Shown piece after piece: positions 20,365 through 30,506 of a stretch of 64,000 nucleotides of DNA. The notes under the pieces were generated by a model that was not told the origin of the DNA, did no database searches, and worked only from the letters and a program-made list of their open reading frames with translations. The stretch covers positions 2,563-66,562 of the forward strand of contig CAIUQE010000001.1 in the NCBI GenBank assembly GCA_903901225.1, read 5' to 3'. The position numbers and the translations under genes are program-made. Positions within the stretch are counted from its first letter, which is position 1. Each line of letters begins with the position of its first letter. Origin of the DNA: Candidatus Omnitrophota bacterium. GTDB lineage: Bacteria; Omnitrophota; Gorgyraeia; Zapsychrales; Fredricksoniimonadaceae.

Positions 20365-21692
20365 AGCGACTTCCTCCAGACAGAAACATTGCCATAATCA
20401 TCATTCGTGGCCAGGCCGACGGCCTCAACAGCCTCAAGTCGAATAGTATCATCATCGAACGTGTAACTCCACGATGTCCCCCCATGGTAATCGAGGTTCT
20501 CGTGAAAATAATGTCCGTTCTTCGTCTTAAAACAAAAGTATGGCTGCGGCCCCCAGCAGGACTTGTCGGTCTTAACCATCAAGCAGCCATTCTCCAGGCT
20601 GGCATCGAACTGCAATGGCGCCTCGCGCTTCAAGGCAAGCGTTTGCCGGAGGGCCTCGACAGCGCCGGAATTCCTGATCTTCACCTGGGGATATTTCTTC
20701 TGAACCTTGCGCACCAAATTATAAAAGCCATCAATATACGGCCTCATCTCCCGCTCATCATGATCCGTGACGGCCATAAGCGTTTGAAGGCCATTATCCG
20801 CTCTCTGAAACGCTTTCTCGACTTCATGCTCATCGATCGTCCTGAGCCTGGAATTCAGATTCAGGCATCTGGCAATATACCGTTTCATATGGCCCTTGAT
20901 CTGATAATCGTAGAAATCAGGATGGTAGGTCTCCCATTCCGATGTGGCGCGCCGCCAATCACCATAACGCCCGGCTTTAACATCGTTCTGAAGGTCCGTG
21001 ATGCGGTGCTTATCCGCCGCCACTCCCTGATTTCCAAAATCAAAAGGGATCCACTGCTCCAGGAAAAGATTGATATCCGGACGCTCGCAATGAAAACCTG
21101 GCCGATAGGCACACGGAAACCACCCATGGTCGATCACCCGGCGGCTCAATACCTGCAAATGCTCATTCGTGTGTGAGAAATTATTGGATGACTTATTGCA
21201 CTCGCGAAAAAAAGGCACGGGATGGAAATGCCAATGGAGCTCATCCCGGGAAGAGGCCGCTGAAGCCAGTTTCTTTCTATAATAATCAAAGACCACATGA
21301 TACCCCAGCGCCCGCTGCCGCGGGTTGGTGAGATAGCCGACATGATCGGCAATGAACCAGTTAAAAACATAACCATTGCCAAAGTCATCCACATAACGGC
21401 GGCGCCACGTGTCAGATACGATCTCCCCGATCATCTCATCAACCATGCCCCAATTAATGTTATAACTGAGCCTGGTTTTTGACACAAATTGCATGACCAA
21501 AGGACGGACAGCTGCGGGGACACCTTCTCCCCGGCGAAGTTTCTCAAGATTCTCGTCAGATGGCGGAAGGTCTATCCCGAAGATCGTCTTCACCACCTCA
21601 AATGTGGCTGACAAAGACTCATACAAAGGCCCTTCGGTGTCCACACAATGCACAAGATGGACGATCTTATCGCTCATGGCACAGCCCTTCAC
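20361..21692 (-). CDS. Hypothetical protein (possible carbohydrate-active hydrolase or deacetylase-like)
   Basis: N-terminal VHLVHCVDTEGP is reminiscent of metal-dependent polysaccharide deacetylase or GH57-type N-termini. No confident family assignment. Confidence 0.2.
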   Translation of the reverse strand: MKGCAMSDKIVHLVHCVDTEGPLYESLSATFEVVKTIFGIDLPPSDENLEKLRRGEGVPAAVRPLVMQFVSKTRLSYNINWGMVDEMIGEIVSDTWRRRYVDDFGNGYVFNWFIADHVGYLTNPRQRALGYHVVFDYYRKKLASAASSRDELHWHFHPVPFFRECNKSSNNFSHTNEHLQVLSRRVIDHGWFPCAYRPGFHCERPDINLFLEQWIPFDFGNQGVAADKHRITDLQNDVKAGRYGDWRRATSEWETYHPDFYDYQIKGHMKRYIARCLNLNSRLRTIDEHEVEKAFQRADNGLQTLMAVTDHDEREMRPYIDGFYNLVRKVQKKYPQVKIRNSGAVEALRQTLALKREAPLQFDASLENGCLMVKTDKSCWGPQPYFCFKTKNGHYFHENLDYHGGTSWSYTFDDDTIRLEAVEAVGLATNDDYGNVSVWRKSL

Positions 21693-22407
21693 TGTTCAAA
21701 TGCTCTTTCCAGATGGCCTCAATGGCCAAAAAATCAAATTTATCGTCAACCTCGTAATTCTGCCAGCGCTGCAGATAATACGGCATTGTCCTGGCCGGGT
21801 AGAACGTCCGGGCACTTTTCAAACTCTCCACCTTTGACAAATAAATGACCCCGTAAGGGATGAACGCTTCCTGGGGAATATCCTGCATCCGCGCAAATTT
21901 GACATCCGTTTCAATAAAAGGCCGGATCAACCCGTCCTCCCCGACACGTTTGGCCATCAATGGATGCTCAAGGACGACTTTGCCGAAACTGACGACGCTT
22001 TCAGCCTTGTCCGCATGATCGGCCAACAACGCAATAGCATTATCAATATCACCATTAGCCCGCAACGGCGATGTCGGCTCCATCAACCCCAGAAGATCAA
22101 ACGCCTCACCCTTGGCCATGAGCGCATCAAGCGTGTGGGCGACCGTGTCCATGACCGTCGCCTCATCCGCCGCCAATGCCGGAGGGCGCATCATGACACT
22201 CACGCCAGGATACTGTTGCGCCACGGCCGCGATCTGCGCGCTGTCTGTGCTGACAACGATCCGGTCCAAAGACGTACTGGCCAGCGCCTGTTCAATGGTC
22301 CAGGCAATAAGCGGCTTGCCCAGCAATGGCTTGATGTTCTTTCCAGGGAGGCGCTTGCTGCCGCCCCTGGCGGGGATCAACCCCAGGATCTTTTTACCGT
22401 TATACAT
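21667..22407 (-). CDS. Acylneuraminate cytidylyltransferase (CMP-nonulosonate synthetase; NeuA/LegF-like)
   Basis: N-terminus KKILGLIPARGGSKRLPGKNIKPLLGKPLIAWTIEQA is the classical CMP-NeuAc synthetase signature. About 246 aa. Confidence 0.8.
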   Translation of the reverse strand: MYNGKKILGLIPARGGSKRLPGKNIKPLLGKPLIAWTIEQALASTSLDRIVVSTDSAQIAAVAQQYPGVSVMMRPPALAADEATVMDTVAHTLDALMAKGEAFDLLGLMEPTSPLRANGDIDNAIALLADHADKAESVVSFGKVVLEHPLMAKRVGEDGLIRPFIETDVKFARMQDIPQEAFIPYGVIYLSKVESLKSARTFYPARTMPYYLQRWQNYEVDDKFDFLAIEAIWKEHLNSEGLCHER

Positions 22408-22431
22408 CCCGCGACACCTTTCGTGAGCTCA

Positions 22432-23214
22432 TCAATAGATCGTCCAGCCGCCATCCACAAGGATATTCTGCCCGGTGATGTATCTCGCCTTGTCGCTGAA
22501 CATGAACGCGATAACATCAGCCACTTCCTCCGACATGACCATCCTGCCCAACGGCACTCTCGACGAATAAATGTCGGCGAAGGCCGACCCGCCGCGCTGG
22601 GAATCTCCCAATCCGCCGGGTGACACCGCGTTGCAGCGGATATTCCATTTCCCGTATTTTTTTGCCACCCATTTGCAAAAATGGATCAACCCGGCCTTGG
22701 CCACCGCGTAAACCAGCGGCGATGTGATCTTCGTCCCCTCATAGATCTCAAAGGTCGGCGCGACGACGCCCTGGATCGACCCGATATTAACGATAACGCC
22801 CGCGTGATGTTCCTTCATGAACGGCAGGACTGTCTTGGCCAGCAAAAAACTCCCCACAAGATTGACGTCGAGGACCTTCCGGAACGTGTCGGGCGAATAA
22901 TCCTCGATCTCCTGGATGAAACCAGGCGGCTGGCATGAAGCATTGTTGATCAGCCCATAAACCTGTGTTCCGCGCGCCGCCAAACAGGCCTTAAGGCGCG
23001 CGATATCAGCCTCGCTGGTGATGTCCGCCTTGAAGAACTCCCCGGAAAATTCCCTGCCCTGCTCCGGTTCCTTGACATCAAGCAAAAGGACATCGAAACC
23101 GTCACGGATCAAGACTTTCGCAAAACCCTGGCCCAGCACGCCGAGCCCGCCTGAAATAAGGATCGTTTTTTTCACAAAGCCCTCTTCTGTTGACGGGTAA
23201 TTAAAGGGACCCAT
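22432..23214 (-). CDS. Short-chain dehydrogenase/reductase (SDR) family oxidoreductase
   Basis: TGxxxGxG-type cofactor motif ISGGLGVLGQG, an NNAS-type motif (INNAS) and the catalytic YAVAKAG (YxxxK). The start overlaps the upstream gene by about 43 bp, so the true start may be internal or non-ATG. Confidence 0.75.
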   Translation of the reverse strand: MGPFNYPSTEEGFVKKTILISGGLGVLGQGFAKVLIRDGFDVLLLDVKEPEQGREFSGEFFKADITSEADIARLKACLAARGTQVYGLINNASCQPPGFIQEIEDYSPDTFRKVLDVNLVGSFLLAKTVLPFMKEHHAGVIVNIGSIQGVVAPTFEIYEGTKITSPLVYAVAKAGLIHFCKWVAKKYGKWNIRCNAVSPGGLGDSQRGGSAFADIYSSRVPLGRMVMSEEVADVIAFMFSDKARYITGQNILVDGGWTIY

Positions 23215-24203
23215 TTCCCTGACCGGGAGGAACGTTCGATCGCGGCAAGGACTTTCATGGTCCCTACAGCTTCCTGCATGCTGACCATCGCCGGTTTCCG
23301 GCCCTTGATCATATTTATAAAATGTTCAAGCTCATCCAGGTAGGTCTGATTGAAATCATAATTATCGGGCAAACGGAAAACATCCCTGTTCTCATGATCT
23401 TTCTTGCCCTGATAAGAAACTTTCTTGCTGTTCATATCCCAGTCCAGCGTGCCATTCTCCGCGATGATCTGGCAGCCCCGCACGAGACGCTGCGACAAAT
23501 AGCCAAGATGCAGTTCAACCGCCGTTCCATTCTTATACGCCAGGATGGCCGAGCACATGTCCTCCGTATCTATTTCCAAAGCGCTGACACGGTGGACATG
23601 GCCGAAAACTTTTTCAGGCATTCCCAGGAACCACAGCACATAGTCAATTTCATGAACAAGTTCCCTGTGCACACCGCCGCCCAGCGCCTTGCTGGCGCTG
23701 ATCGTCTTGCGGTAATCAACTCCCTTGCGCCAATGCGGCAAATAATAATCCGCGTACGCCCGGACACAATAGATCTTGCCCATTTTGGGAAGATGCTCCT
23801 TGATGAACCGCAGGACCGGATAATAACGCAAGTTGTAGGCAACATCCCAGCGTTTGAATTTTAAGGCTGTAAGTTTCTTTTCAAATTCACCCGCGGCTTT
23901 CAAGTCCATGACCGGCGGTTTTTCCAGCAGGAAAGGGATCTTTTTTCTGCCCATTACCAGCGCGTCGCGCAAATGCTGGCTCGTCGGAGAACAGATGATC
24001 GCGCCATCGATCCGCGCTTCTTTGGCCCACACCCCGTCATAAGAGGCATACTCTTTCAAACCCCTGTCATTGCCCGATCCCGCCGCATGGCGCAGTAAAA
24101 CCACCTCATGCCCCAACGCCAGCGCATTGGCCGCGTGCCTTTTGCCGATGGAACCATAGCCAATAACAAGGAACTTCATATCAGCGCCTGACCCCAAAAG
24201 CAC
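23172..24203 (-). CDS. Gfo/Idh/MocA-family NAD(P)-dependent oxidoreductase
   Basis: N-terminal MKFLVIGYGSIGKRHA Rossmann motif and the EKP consensus (LLEKPP) typical of the family. Confidence 0.75.
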   Translation of the reverse strand: MLLGSGADMKFLVIGYGSIGKRHAANALALGHEVVLLRHAAGSGNDRGLKEYASYDGVWAKEARIDGAIICSPTSQHLRDALVMGRKKIPFLLEKPPVMDLKAAGEFEKKLTALKFKRWDVAYNLRYYPVLRFIKEHLPKMGKIYCVRAYADYYLPHWRKGVDYRKTISASKALGGGVHRELVHEIDYVLWFLGMPEKVFGHVHRVSALEIDTEDMCSAILAYKNGTAVELHLGYLSQRLVRGCQIIAENGTLDWDMNSKKVSYQGKKDHENRDVFRLPDNYDFNQTYLDELEHFINMIKGRKPAMVSMQEAVGTMKVLAAIERSSRSGKWVPLITRQQKRAL

Positions 24204-25479
24204 TGATGGGTTTGCCCGTGATCAGGGACTTAAGATCCTTCCCGACGATGGCCTTGTGCAGTAATCCGAAAGCCTCATCGTAGATCTTCAGCGTATCCTC
24301 GATATCTTTGGGTTGATGCGCGTAACTCGGATGATGGTAACCGACGAACAACAGCCCCCGCTTCACGCATTCCTGCTGCAGGTACGACCTGATCTCGTTA
24401 ACGGAAAGGTCATCGACCGGAGAAAAAACAAGATGCTGCATGGGAGCAAGCCCTATGACCTTGATGATCTGCTCCAGCCCATGTTTGGCGACCAGGCGGA
24501 TAAGCCCCTCCTTCAGGATGGTGCCCATCTTCCAGATATGTTCGATCACCGGTTCATTCTCAATGATCTCGATCGTCTTCAAGGCCGCGTTAAGGCTGCA
24601 CTTCTCCGTCGCGTACGAAGCCGAAAAGAAGCACTGTTCATCGCCGAACTGCTCCATCAGGCTTTTCTTGCCGGCAAGAGCGCTGAGCGGAAAGCCGTTG
24701 GAAAGCCCTTTGGCGAAACATGCCAGGTCAGGCGTGACCTTGAAATAACGTTGCGCGCCACCCAAAGAAAGACGGAAGCCCGTCTTCATCTCATCGAAGA
24801 TCAGCACGATATTGTGTTCTGCCGTTAAACGGCGGATCCCTTCCAGGAAGCCTTCCTGCGGCTCTACCGTGATCACCGGCTCCATCACAAGGGCCGCGAT
24901 CTCATGGGCCTGCGCCTTGATCGTTGTTGCGATAGCCGCGAGGTCATTGTAATTGTGCGGGATCACCCATGCTGACATCTCCGCCGGGATCCCTTTATTG
25001 CGCGGCGTTGATGCGATGAACCAGTCATGAAAGCCATGGTAGCCGCCGACCGTGATAACCTTGCTCTTTTTGGTGAAATTCCTGGCCAGGCGTACAGCCC
25101 CTTCGCACACATCAGAACCATTCTTGCTGAACCTGACCATCTCGGCGCAGGGGATGATCTGCTTAAGCTTGGCCGCCAGGCGTGATTCTTCCGGGCAGGA
25201 TAACGTGAACACGAGGCCGTCATCAATACCCTGTTTCGCCGCGGCATTCACGCGCGGGTCCGCGTAACCGAGGTTGATCACGCCCAGGGACATGGAATAA
25301 TCGATGAATTCATTCCCGTCCACATCATAAACCCTGCAGCCTTTGGCCTTCTCAATGAAAAGGGGTGACGCGCCGATCACATACAGGTTCGGATTGCGGC
25401 TGAATGTGGAGGTCCCCATCGGGATCAATCCCAGCGCGTCCTCATACATCTTCAACGAATGTGTGAACTTCATTAACAA
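24181..25479 (-). CDS. Class III (GSA-aminomutase-like) PLP-dependent aminotransferase
   Basis: FDEMKTGFR motif (PLP-lysine region of class III aminotransferases such as HemL), a GYHG segment, about 432 aa. Confidence 0.75.
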   Translation of the reverse strand: MLMKFTHSLKMYEDALGLIPMGTSTFSRNPNLYVIGASPLFIEKAKGCRVYDVDGNEFIDYSMSLGVINLGYADPRVNAAAKQGIDDGLVFTLSCPEESRLAAKLKQIIPCAEMVRFSKNGSDVCEGAVRLARNFTKKSKVITVGGYHGFHDWFIASTPRNKGIPAEMSAWVIPHNYNDLAAIATTIKAQAHEIAALVMEPVITVEPQEGFLEGIRRLTAEHNIVLIFDEMKTGFRLSLGGAQRYFKVTPDLACFAKGLSNGFPLSALAGKKSLMEQFGDEQCFFSASYATEKCSLNAALKTIEIIENEPVIEHIWKMGTILKEGLIRLVAKHGLEQIIKVIGLAPMQHLVFSPVDDLSVNEIRSYLQQECVKRGLLFVGYHHPSYAHQPKDIEDTLKIYDEAFGLLHKAIVGKDLKSLITGKPISAFGVRR

Positions 25480-25482
25480 CTC

Positions 25483-26655
25483 CTATCTAAGAGAGAATAC
25501 AACCGCCTTGATCTCATCCTGCCCGAATTTCACCGGATTCTGGTCGAACGCCGCTTTCAACTGCGCTGAATTATCAACGATCAGCATCAGGTCGCTCTCC
25601 GTCTTGACCCCGAACCCCTTAAGGTCGGTCGGGATACCCAGCGCATGGCTAAGCGCCTCGATCGCATCCGCGAATTTTATGGATTTCTCTTTCGGGCTCA
25701 GCCCATGACCGTCGGATACGAGGTCATAAAGCTCGGCATATTCATAATATTCATGCGCGACATTATGCTTGATCACACCCGGCAAAAATACAGATCCTGC
25801 CAGGCCATGCGGGATATCAAAATAGACCCCCAGAGGATAGCTCAACGCACCCGCCGGACCTGCGCCGGCATTCATCAAAGCCGCCCCCGCGCAACCGCTG
25901 CCGATCAGCAGGTTCAGCTTGACGGGCGTTGACATGTCGCCTTGGGCAAGCTTGTTCAGGTTCTCAAAAAGGAGTTTGAACGCCTGCCGGGAAAACATCC
26001 TTGAAATGAAGGTGGCATTCCTGGCCACAAAACTCTCCAGGGTATGCGTCATGGCATCCATGCCCGCGGAAGCAAAAACCTTCATCGGGCAACTGCTCAA
26101 GAATTGGGGATCATAGACCGCCAGCCGCGGGTAATTGTACTCCGTGTTGATGCCGAACTTCCACTTTGCCGCCGTATCAATGAAGACCGCGTACGGGGTC
26201 ACTTCGCTGCCCGTCCCGGCCGTTGTCGGCAGTGCCACAACAGGTAAAGGCATATTCTTGACCTTGCCAAACCCGCGGTAATTGATCGCCGCGCCCTCGT
26301 TGGTCTTGAGCGTCGCCAACCCCTTGGTCAGGTCGAGCGTACTGCCACCGCCGATGCCGACAAAACAATCCAACGCCACATCCTGAAAACCCGCCTTGGA
26401 CTGATCCAAATGGTCATATGTCGGCTCAGGCATTTCATTCACAAAAAGCGTGACGTGTTCCAACTCTTTCTGGCAAATGCCAATGATCTCTTTAACATAC
26501 GGGCAATGGTCATAAACCCCTTTATCGACCACGAGGCCTATCCTGTTCCACGCATAGTTCTTGAGGTACTTCGGCAATTCACGGGCGATCCCGTCGCCGC
26601 TGAGCATTTCGGTCTTCATGACAAAACGGATATTTTCTTTCAAGTGATCTTTCAT
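25483..26655 (-). CDS. Iron-containing (group III) alcohol dehydrogenase / dehydroquinate-synthase-like oxidoreductase
   Basis: GIGGGSTLDLTKGLA NAD-binding glycine motif and conserved His-rich metal-binding region (HGLAGSV...H) of the Fe-ADH family. Confidence 0.7.
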   Translation of the reverse strand: MKDHLKENIRFVMKTEMLSGDGIARELPKYLKNYAWNRIGLVVDKGVYDHCPYVKEIIGICQKELEHVTLFVNEMPEPTYDHLDQSKAGFQDVALDCFVGIGGGSTLDLTKGLATLKTNEGAAINYRGFGKVKNMPLPVVALPTTAGTGSEVTPYAVFIDTAAKWKFGINTEYNYPRLAVYDPQFLSSCPMKVFASAGMDAMTHTLESFVARNATFISRMFSRQAFKLLFENLNKLAQGDMSTPVKLNLLIGSGCAGAALMNAGAGPAGALSYPLGVYFDIPHGLAGSVFLPGVIKHNVAHEYYEYAELYDLVSDGHGLSPKEKSIKFADAIEALSHALGIPTDLKGFGVKTESDLMLIVDNSAQLKAAFDQNPVKFGQDEIKAVVFSLR

Positions 26656-26695
26656 AGCCCATTCCTGTTAAATTTAATATTGTTTAAAACACACA

Positions 26696-27376
26696 TTACT
26701 TCACGCCATAGGCCACCACATGGCGCTCCCGCGAGAATTTAACCAGTTTGATAAATGGCGTAAGCTTGACTGTCGGAGGAAAATCGATCGGGACCAGCGC
26801 CGCGATGATCTCCGGGATAAATCGAAATAATTTATTCCGCCAGCTGAACGGCAAATAATGAATGTTCTCAGCCACCACATCCTTAAAGTCATAGCGCAAC
26901 AAAAGATCGTGCAGCGAAAAGACCGTGAACGGCGATTTATGGTCCGCATCATCATAAAACACCTTATAAACCGACTTCCAGTCGCATGTCAGGATAATGA
27001 TCTTTCCCCCCGGCTTGAGCACCCTGCGCAAGTTCTCCATAACGTGATAAACATTCCCAAGATGCTCAATAGCGGATTTCATCATGATAAAATCGAAATA
27101 ATTGTCCTCAAACGGCAAGGCCTCCCGGTCAATGTCAGCAACTTTGACCTTAAGCCCCTTGGCACACGCCAAGGAGTCCTTATCGACGCCGTACACATCG
27201 AACCCGAGGTCGGAGTAAATATCCACAAACTCTCCCCGGCCACAACAAACATCCAATAACTTACCCTTCCGGGCTTTAAAATATTTATCCGCCAAATGTT
27301 CGCACAATTGACGCGGGAATTTTGTATATGTCCGCACGTTCTCGTTATAATGGACCTTCGTATAACTGTTCTGCAT
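26696..27376 (-). CDS. Class I SAM-dependent methyltransferase
   Basis: SAM motif LLDVCCGRGEF plus VYGVD acidic loop. 226 aa. Confidence 0.65.
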   Translation of the reverse strand: MQNSYTKVHYNENVRTYTKFPRQLCEHLADKYFKARKGKLLDVCCGRGEFVDIYSDLGFDVYGVDKDSLACAKGLKVKVADIDREALPFEDNYFDFIMMKSAIEHLGNVYHVMENLRRVLKPGGKIIILTCDWKSVYKVFYDDADHKSPFTVFSLHDLLLRYDFKDVVAENIHYLPFSWRNKLFRFIPEIIAALVPIDFPPTVKLTPFIKLVKFSRERHVVAYGVK

Positions 27377-27381
27377 ACCCC

Positions 27382-29442
27382 TCAGGTCTCCTCTACTTTG
27401 TAAAAGAAATCACGGATATCCATGAATTCACTCATTTTCCGCAAGGTAACATTCTTGTTCTTGTGCGCGTATTGCTGCAACAATAATTCCAACGCCTGTT
27501 TCTGCTTCTCGGGAAGGTAAAAACGGAACTTGATGCCTTGGGGGCGATGGAACCGCTCAAGGTCCGTCTTATACTTGTCATTCTGCCATCCGAGGATATC
27601 ATAATGGAACGTAAGGACCTTTTCCCTGGAGACCTCTGCCCAATCAGAGGTCAGGTCAAGGATCGCGGCAAAATGGAACTTAAAAAGATCCTCGATAACG
27701 GCCCGCTTGGACTGGCAAAGGGGCGAATAATTAATTGCCGTCGCGAATAAGAACTCATTAAAACTGGCCATGGCTTCGATCAGGGTCTTAAATATATACT
27801 TCCCGTTCATCTTGCCGTGCTTGCCATCTTCCAGGTCTTTGAATTTCTCTGGCCGGCTGTAATGGGCCTTAAGATCATCCACCGAATCAAACCACTCAGC
27901 CCTGGCTTCCTGCTTGAATTCACTGAAGATCTCCTGGATCCTCTGATAGCTGGCATTTGTCTGGGCCTCATCGATCAATCTCAGGATGTAATCCAGAGGG
28001 CTGATGCCAATCGACCTTAAATATTTCAACACACCGTAATAGAACCTGTAATTCCACAGGAACTGGATGAGCCAATGGACCGGTCGAAAATACAGGATCT
28101 CATCCTCGGTCATGTCGGATGTCGCCCGAATACCTTCTTCAGCCTCGAAAGACATGCGGCCTTCATACGTGCCGAATGAATTATCAACAAGCCTGAATTT
28201 CGTCGTGCAATTGAACTTCCCATTTTCCTTCAGGAGCGACATCTCCGTCCCTTCCAGCAAAAGGGCGTTATAGCAGATGATGTAAGAAACATCCCAGTCG
28301 AAAAGGCTGCGCAGCGTCCTGATATGACTTTCTTTTGTTTCGCCAGGAAGCCCAAGGATGATCTCCGTGCCGGACATGCCGCCCATGGCATTGACCCTGT
28401 CCATGATGTCCTTGAATACGGAGATCTTGATATTGGCCCGGTTCACGTTCATGAGCACCTGCTCATCCAGCGACTGCAATGACACAATGATGTTCGAGCT
28501 TTTCAGGATCCGGGCGATCTCAAAAAGCTTCGGTTGATTCTTGGCCCAGTTCGTATTGAACTTCTTCAAGTTCTGCGTTTCATCGGACAACTTCGCGATA
28601 TATTCCGCGATCTCCATGTCACGTTCAACAACGCCGAAATTGGCATCCGCCAGGTTCAGGATGTTCGTGTTCTTGACTTTTGTGGCGATATAGCGCAATT
28701 CCTCCTTCACGCGGTCCATGCTGAAAAGATCCAGCCGGTTGTGCGAAGAAAATCCCTGCGCGCAAAATGTGCATGTGTACGGGCAGCCTCTGTTGGTCTC
28801 GACGATAGGGATAAGCTTGGTCTCGAAAAACTCATCCAGCAAGCCGGTCAGATAGGGTGAAGGGATGCTGTCAAGATCCTTGATCCTGGGAATATTATTA
28901 CCCACAACAGCGGCCCTGTTCCTCACATCATAAAAAATGACCCCGTCAATGGGCGCTGATCGCAACTGATCGATCTGCAGGCCTCTTGCCTCCACAGCCT
29001 TCAATAATTCAATAAAGGGTTTTTCCCCCTGATAGGGCACATAAAAATCCACATGCGGATGAGTTTCAAAGAACCGCGCATACCCGCGCGGAGAGTAATC
29101 AATGTTCGGCCCGCCAAAGACCACGATCGCCTGGGGATTGATCTCTTTAACGCGGGCCGATATCTTCTTATTGATATCCACGTTCCAGGTATAATTACTG
29201 AACCCCACAATATCAGCAGGATCCTTCTTGTACGCTGAAATGAACTGATCCGGATATTTGAACAACCTGACATCAACTTCCTGCGGCGCATATTTCCTGG
29301 CATAGCCGGCGATATAGGAAATATTCAGCGGGAACATATAGGTCCCCACGCCCAGATAGTTATGCACCAGATCACACAAATTTATCTTTAACGTTTTACG
29401 CACAGGCTTCACAGCTCCTTCGATCCCTACATCCCCAGGCAT
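27382..29442 (-). CDS. Cobalamin(B12)-binding radical SAM enzyme with long C-terminal extension
   Basis: N-terminal B12-binding-like domain, CxxxCxxC motif GCPYTCTFC, 686 aa. The C-terminal about 250 aa have no recognised motif. Confidence 0.75.
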   Translation of the reverse strand: MPGDVGIEGAVKPVRKTLKINLCDLVHNYLGVGTYMFPLNISYIAGYARKYAPQEVDVRLFKYPDQFISAYKKDPADIVGFSNYTWNVDINKKISARVKEINPQAIVVFGGPNIDYSPRGYARFFETHPHVDFYVPYQGEKPFIELLKAVEARGLQIDQLRSAPIDGVIFYDVRNRAAVVGNNIPRIKDLDSIPSPYLTGLLDEFFETKLIPIVETNRGCPYTCTFCAQGFSSHNRLDLFSMDRVKEELRYIATKVKNTNILNLADANFGVVERDMEIAEYIAKLSDETQNLKKFNTNWAKNQPKLFEIARILKSSNIIVSLQSLDEQVLMNVNRANIKISVFKDIMDRVNAMGGMSGTEIILGLPGETKESHIRTLRSLFDWDVSYIICYNALLLEGTEMSLLKENGKFNCTTKFRLVDNSFGTYEGRMSFEAEEGIRATSDMTEDEILYFRPVHWLIQFLWNYRFYYGVLKYLRSIGISPLDYILRLIDEAQTNASYQRIQEIFSEFKQEARAEWFDSVDDLKAHYSRPEKFKDLEDGKHGKMNGKYIFKTLIEAMASFNEFLFATAINYSPLCQSKRAVIEDLFKFHFAAILDLTSDWAEVSREKVLTFHYDILGWQNDKYKTDLERFHRPQGIKFRFYLPEKQKQALELLLQQYAHKNKNVTLRKMSEFMDIRDFFYKVEET

Positions 29443-30506
29443 TTGACCGTTTCACGGTATTTTTCCCACTGCCCGACATCCAGCCAGGCCTTTTCACTGA
29501 CAGGATAAACCCCGACCCTGCCATTATTATTTTTGACCAGCTTGATCAGGTCGGTGAAATCCAATGAGGCCCCCTTGGGTATCATCTTAAGCACGGACCT
29601 CTCCAGGATATACATCCCTGTATTCACCAACAGGTCATATTCCGGCTTCTCATCGATATCATTGAGCCTGCCATTGCCGTCTATTTTCAGGACACCGTAC
29701 GGGATCTTGAAATGATTCATGGAACCCACAACCGTTATGTCACACTTATTTTTTTTATGAAAACCATAAATATCCTGATAATCAGCTTTAATGATAATGT
29801 CGCAATTTGAAACAAAAAATGTCTTTGGCATGTCCTTATGGATCAGTTTGAGCCCGCCGGCAGTTCCCAGCGCTTCTTTCTCATGGACATACCCGATCTT
29901 GTAAGGCAGCGAAATATTGTCAAAATACGACCTTATCATTTCACTTTTATAACCAAGGACAAGATGGAATGTGCGGCATCCACTGGCATAAAAATTATCC
30001 ATGATGATCTCAACGACGGGCTTTTCACCGATGGGCAAAAGCGGTTTTGGCAAAATGCGGGTGAACGGATCCAGGCGGGCGCCCTTGCCTCCGGCCATGA
30101 TCACAACAGGCAGGTCGATCTTGGGCATCTCCATCCTCTGTCCGTGCCCGAAGATGACCTCCCAAAGGTGAACATCGACCAACCGACGAGCCCCGTCAAC
30201 AACGGGAATAGACTCAAGTTTCTGATCGATCATCATCTCCTTGATGGCATCGATCAGACAGGTGTCGCTCACAAAAACAGGTTTCTTGTTATAAACCTTA
30301 TCGATACTGTCTTTAAGGCTCTTGTCCGCGAGTATCCATTTACGGATATCACCATCCGTAAGAGCCCCCAGCAGCTTACGGTCATCATCAACAACAAATA
30401 ATATTTTCTCGGCGCCCTCCCCCATTTGCTTCATGGCATCACGGATGGACACGCCTTTTTTTATCAACAGCTTTTTGATGTTCTCTTTCACGTGAGGTCT
30501 CCCCAA
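29427..30506 (-). CDS. CBS-domain-containing sugar-phosphate nucleotidyltransferase (PtmE-like)
   Basis: N-terminal tandem CBS pair (…GALTDGDIRKWIL…, …ESIPVVDGARRLVDV…) followed by the nucleotidyltransferase core VIMAGGKGARLDPFTRILPKPLLPIGEKP. Confidence 0.75.
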   Translation of the reverse strand: MGRPHVKENIKKLLIKKGVSIRDAMKQMGEGAEKILFVVDDDRKLLGALTDGDIRKWILADKSLKDSIDKVYNKKPVFVSDTCLIDAIKEMMIDQKLESIPVVDGARRLVDVHLWEVIFGHGQRMEMPKIDLPVVIMAGGKGARLDPFTRILPKPLLPIGEKPVVEIIMDNFYASGCRTFHLVLGYKSEMIRSYFDNISLPYKIGYVHEKEALGTAGGLKLIHKDMPKTFFVSNCDIIIKADYQDIYGFHKKNKCDITVVGSMNHFKIPYGVLKIDGNGRLNDIDEKPEYDLLVNTGMYILERSVLKMIPKGASLDFTDLIKLVKNNNGRVGVYPVSEKAWLDVGQWEKYRETVKCLGM

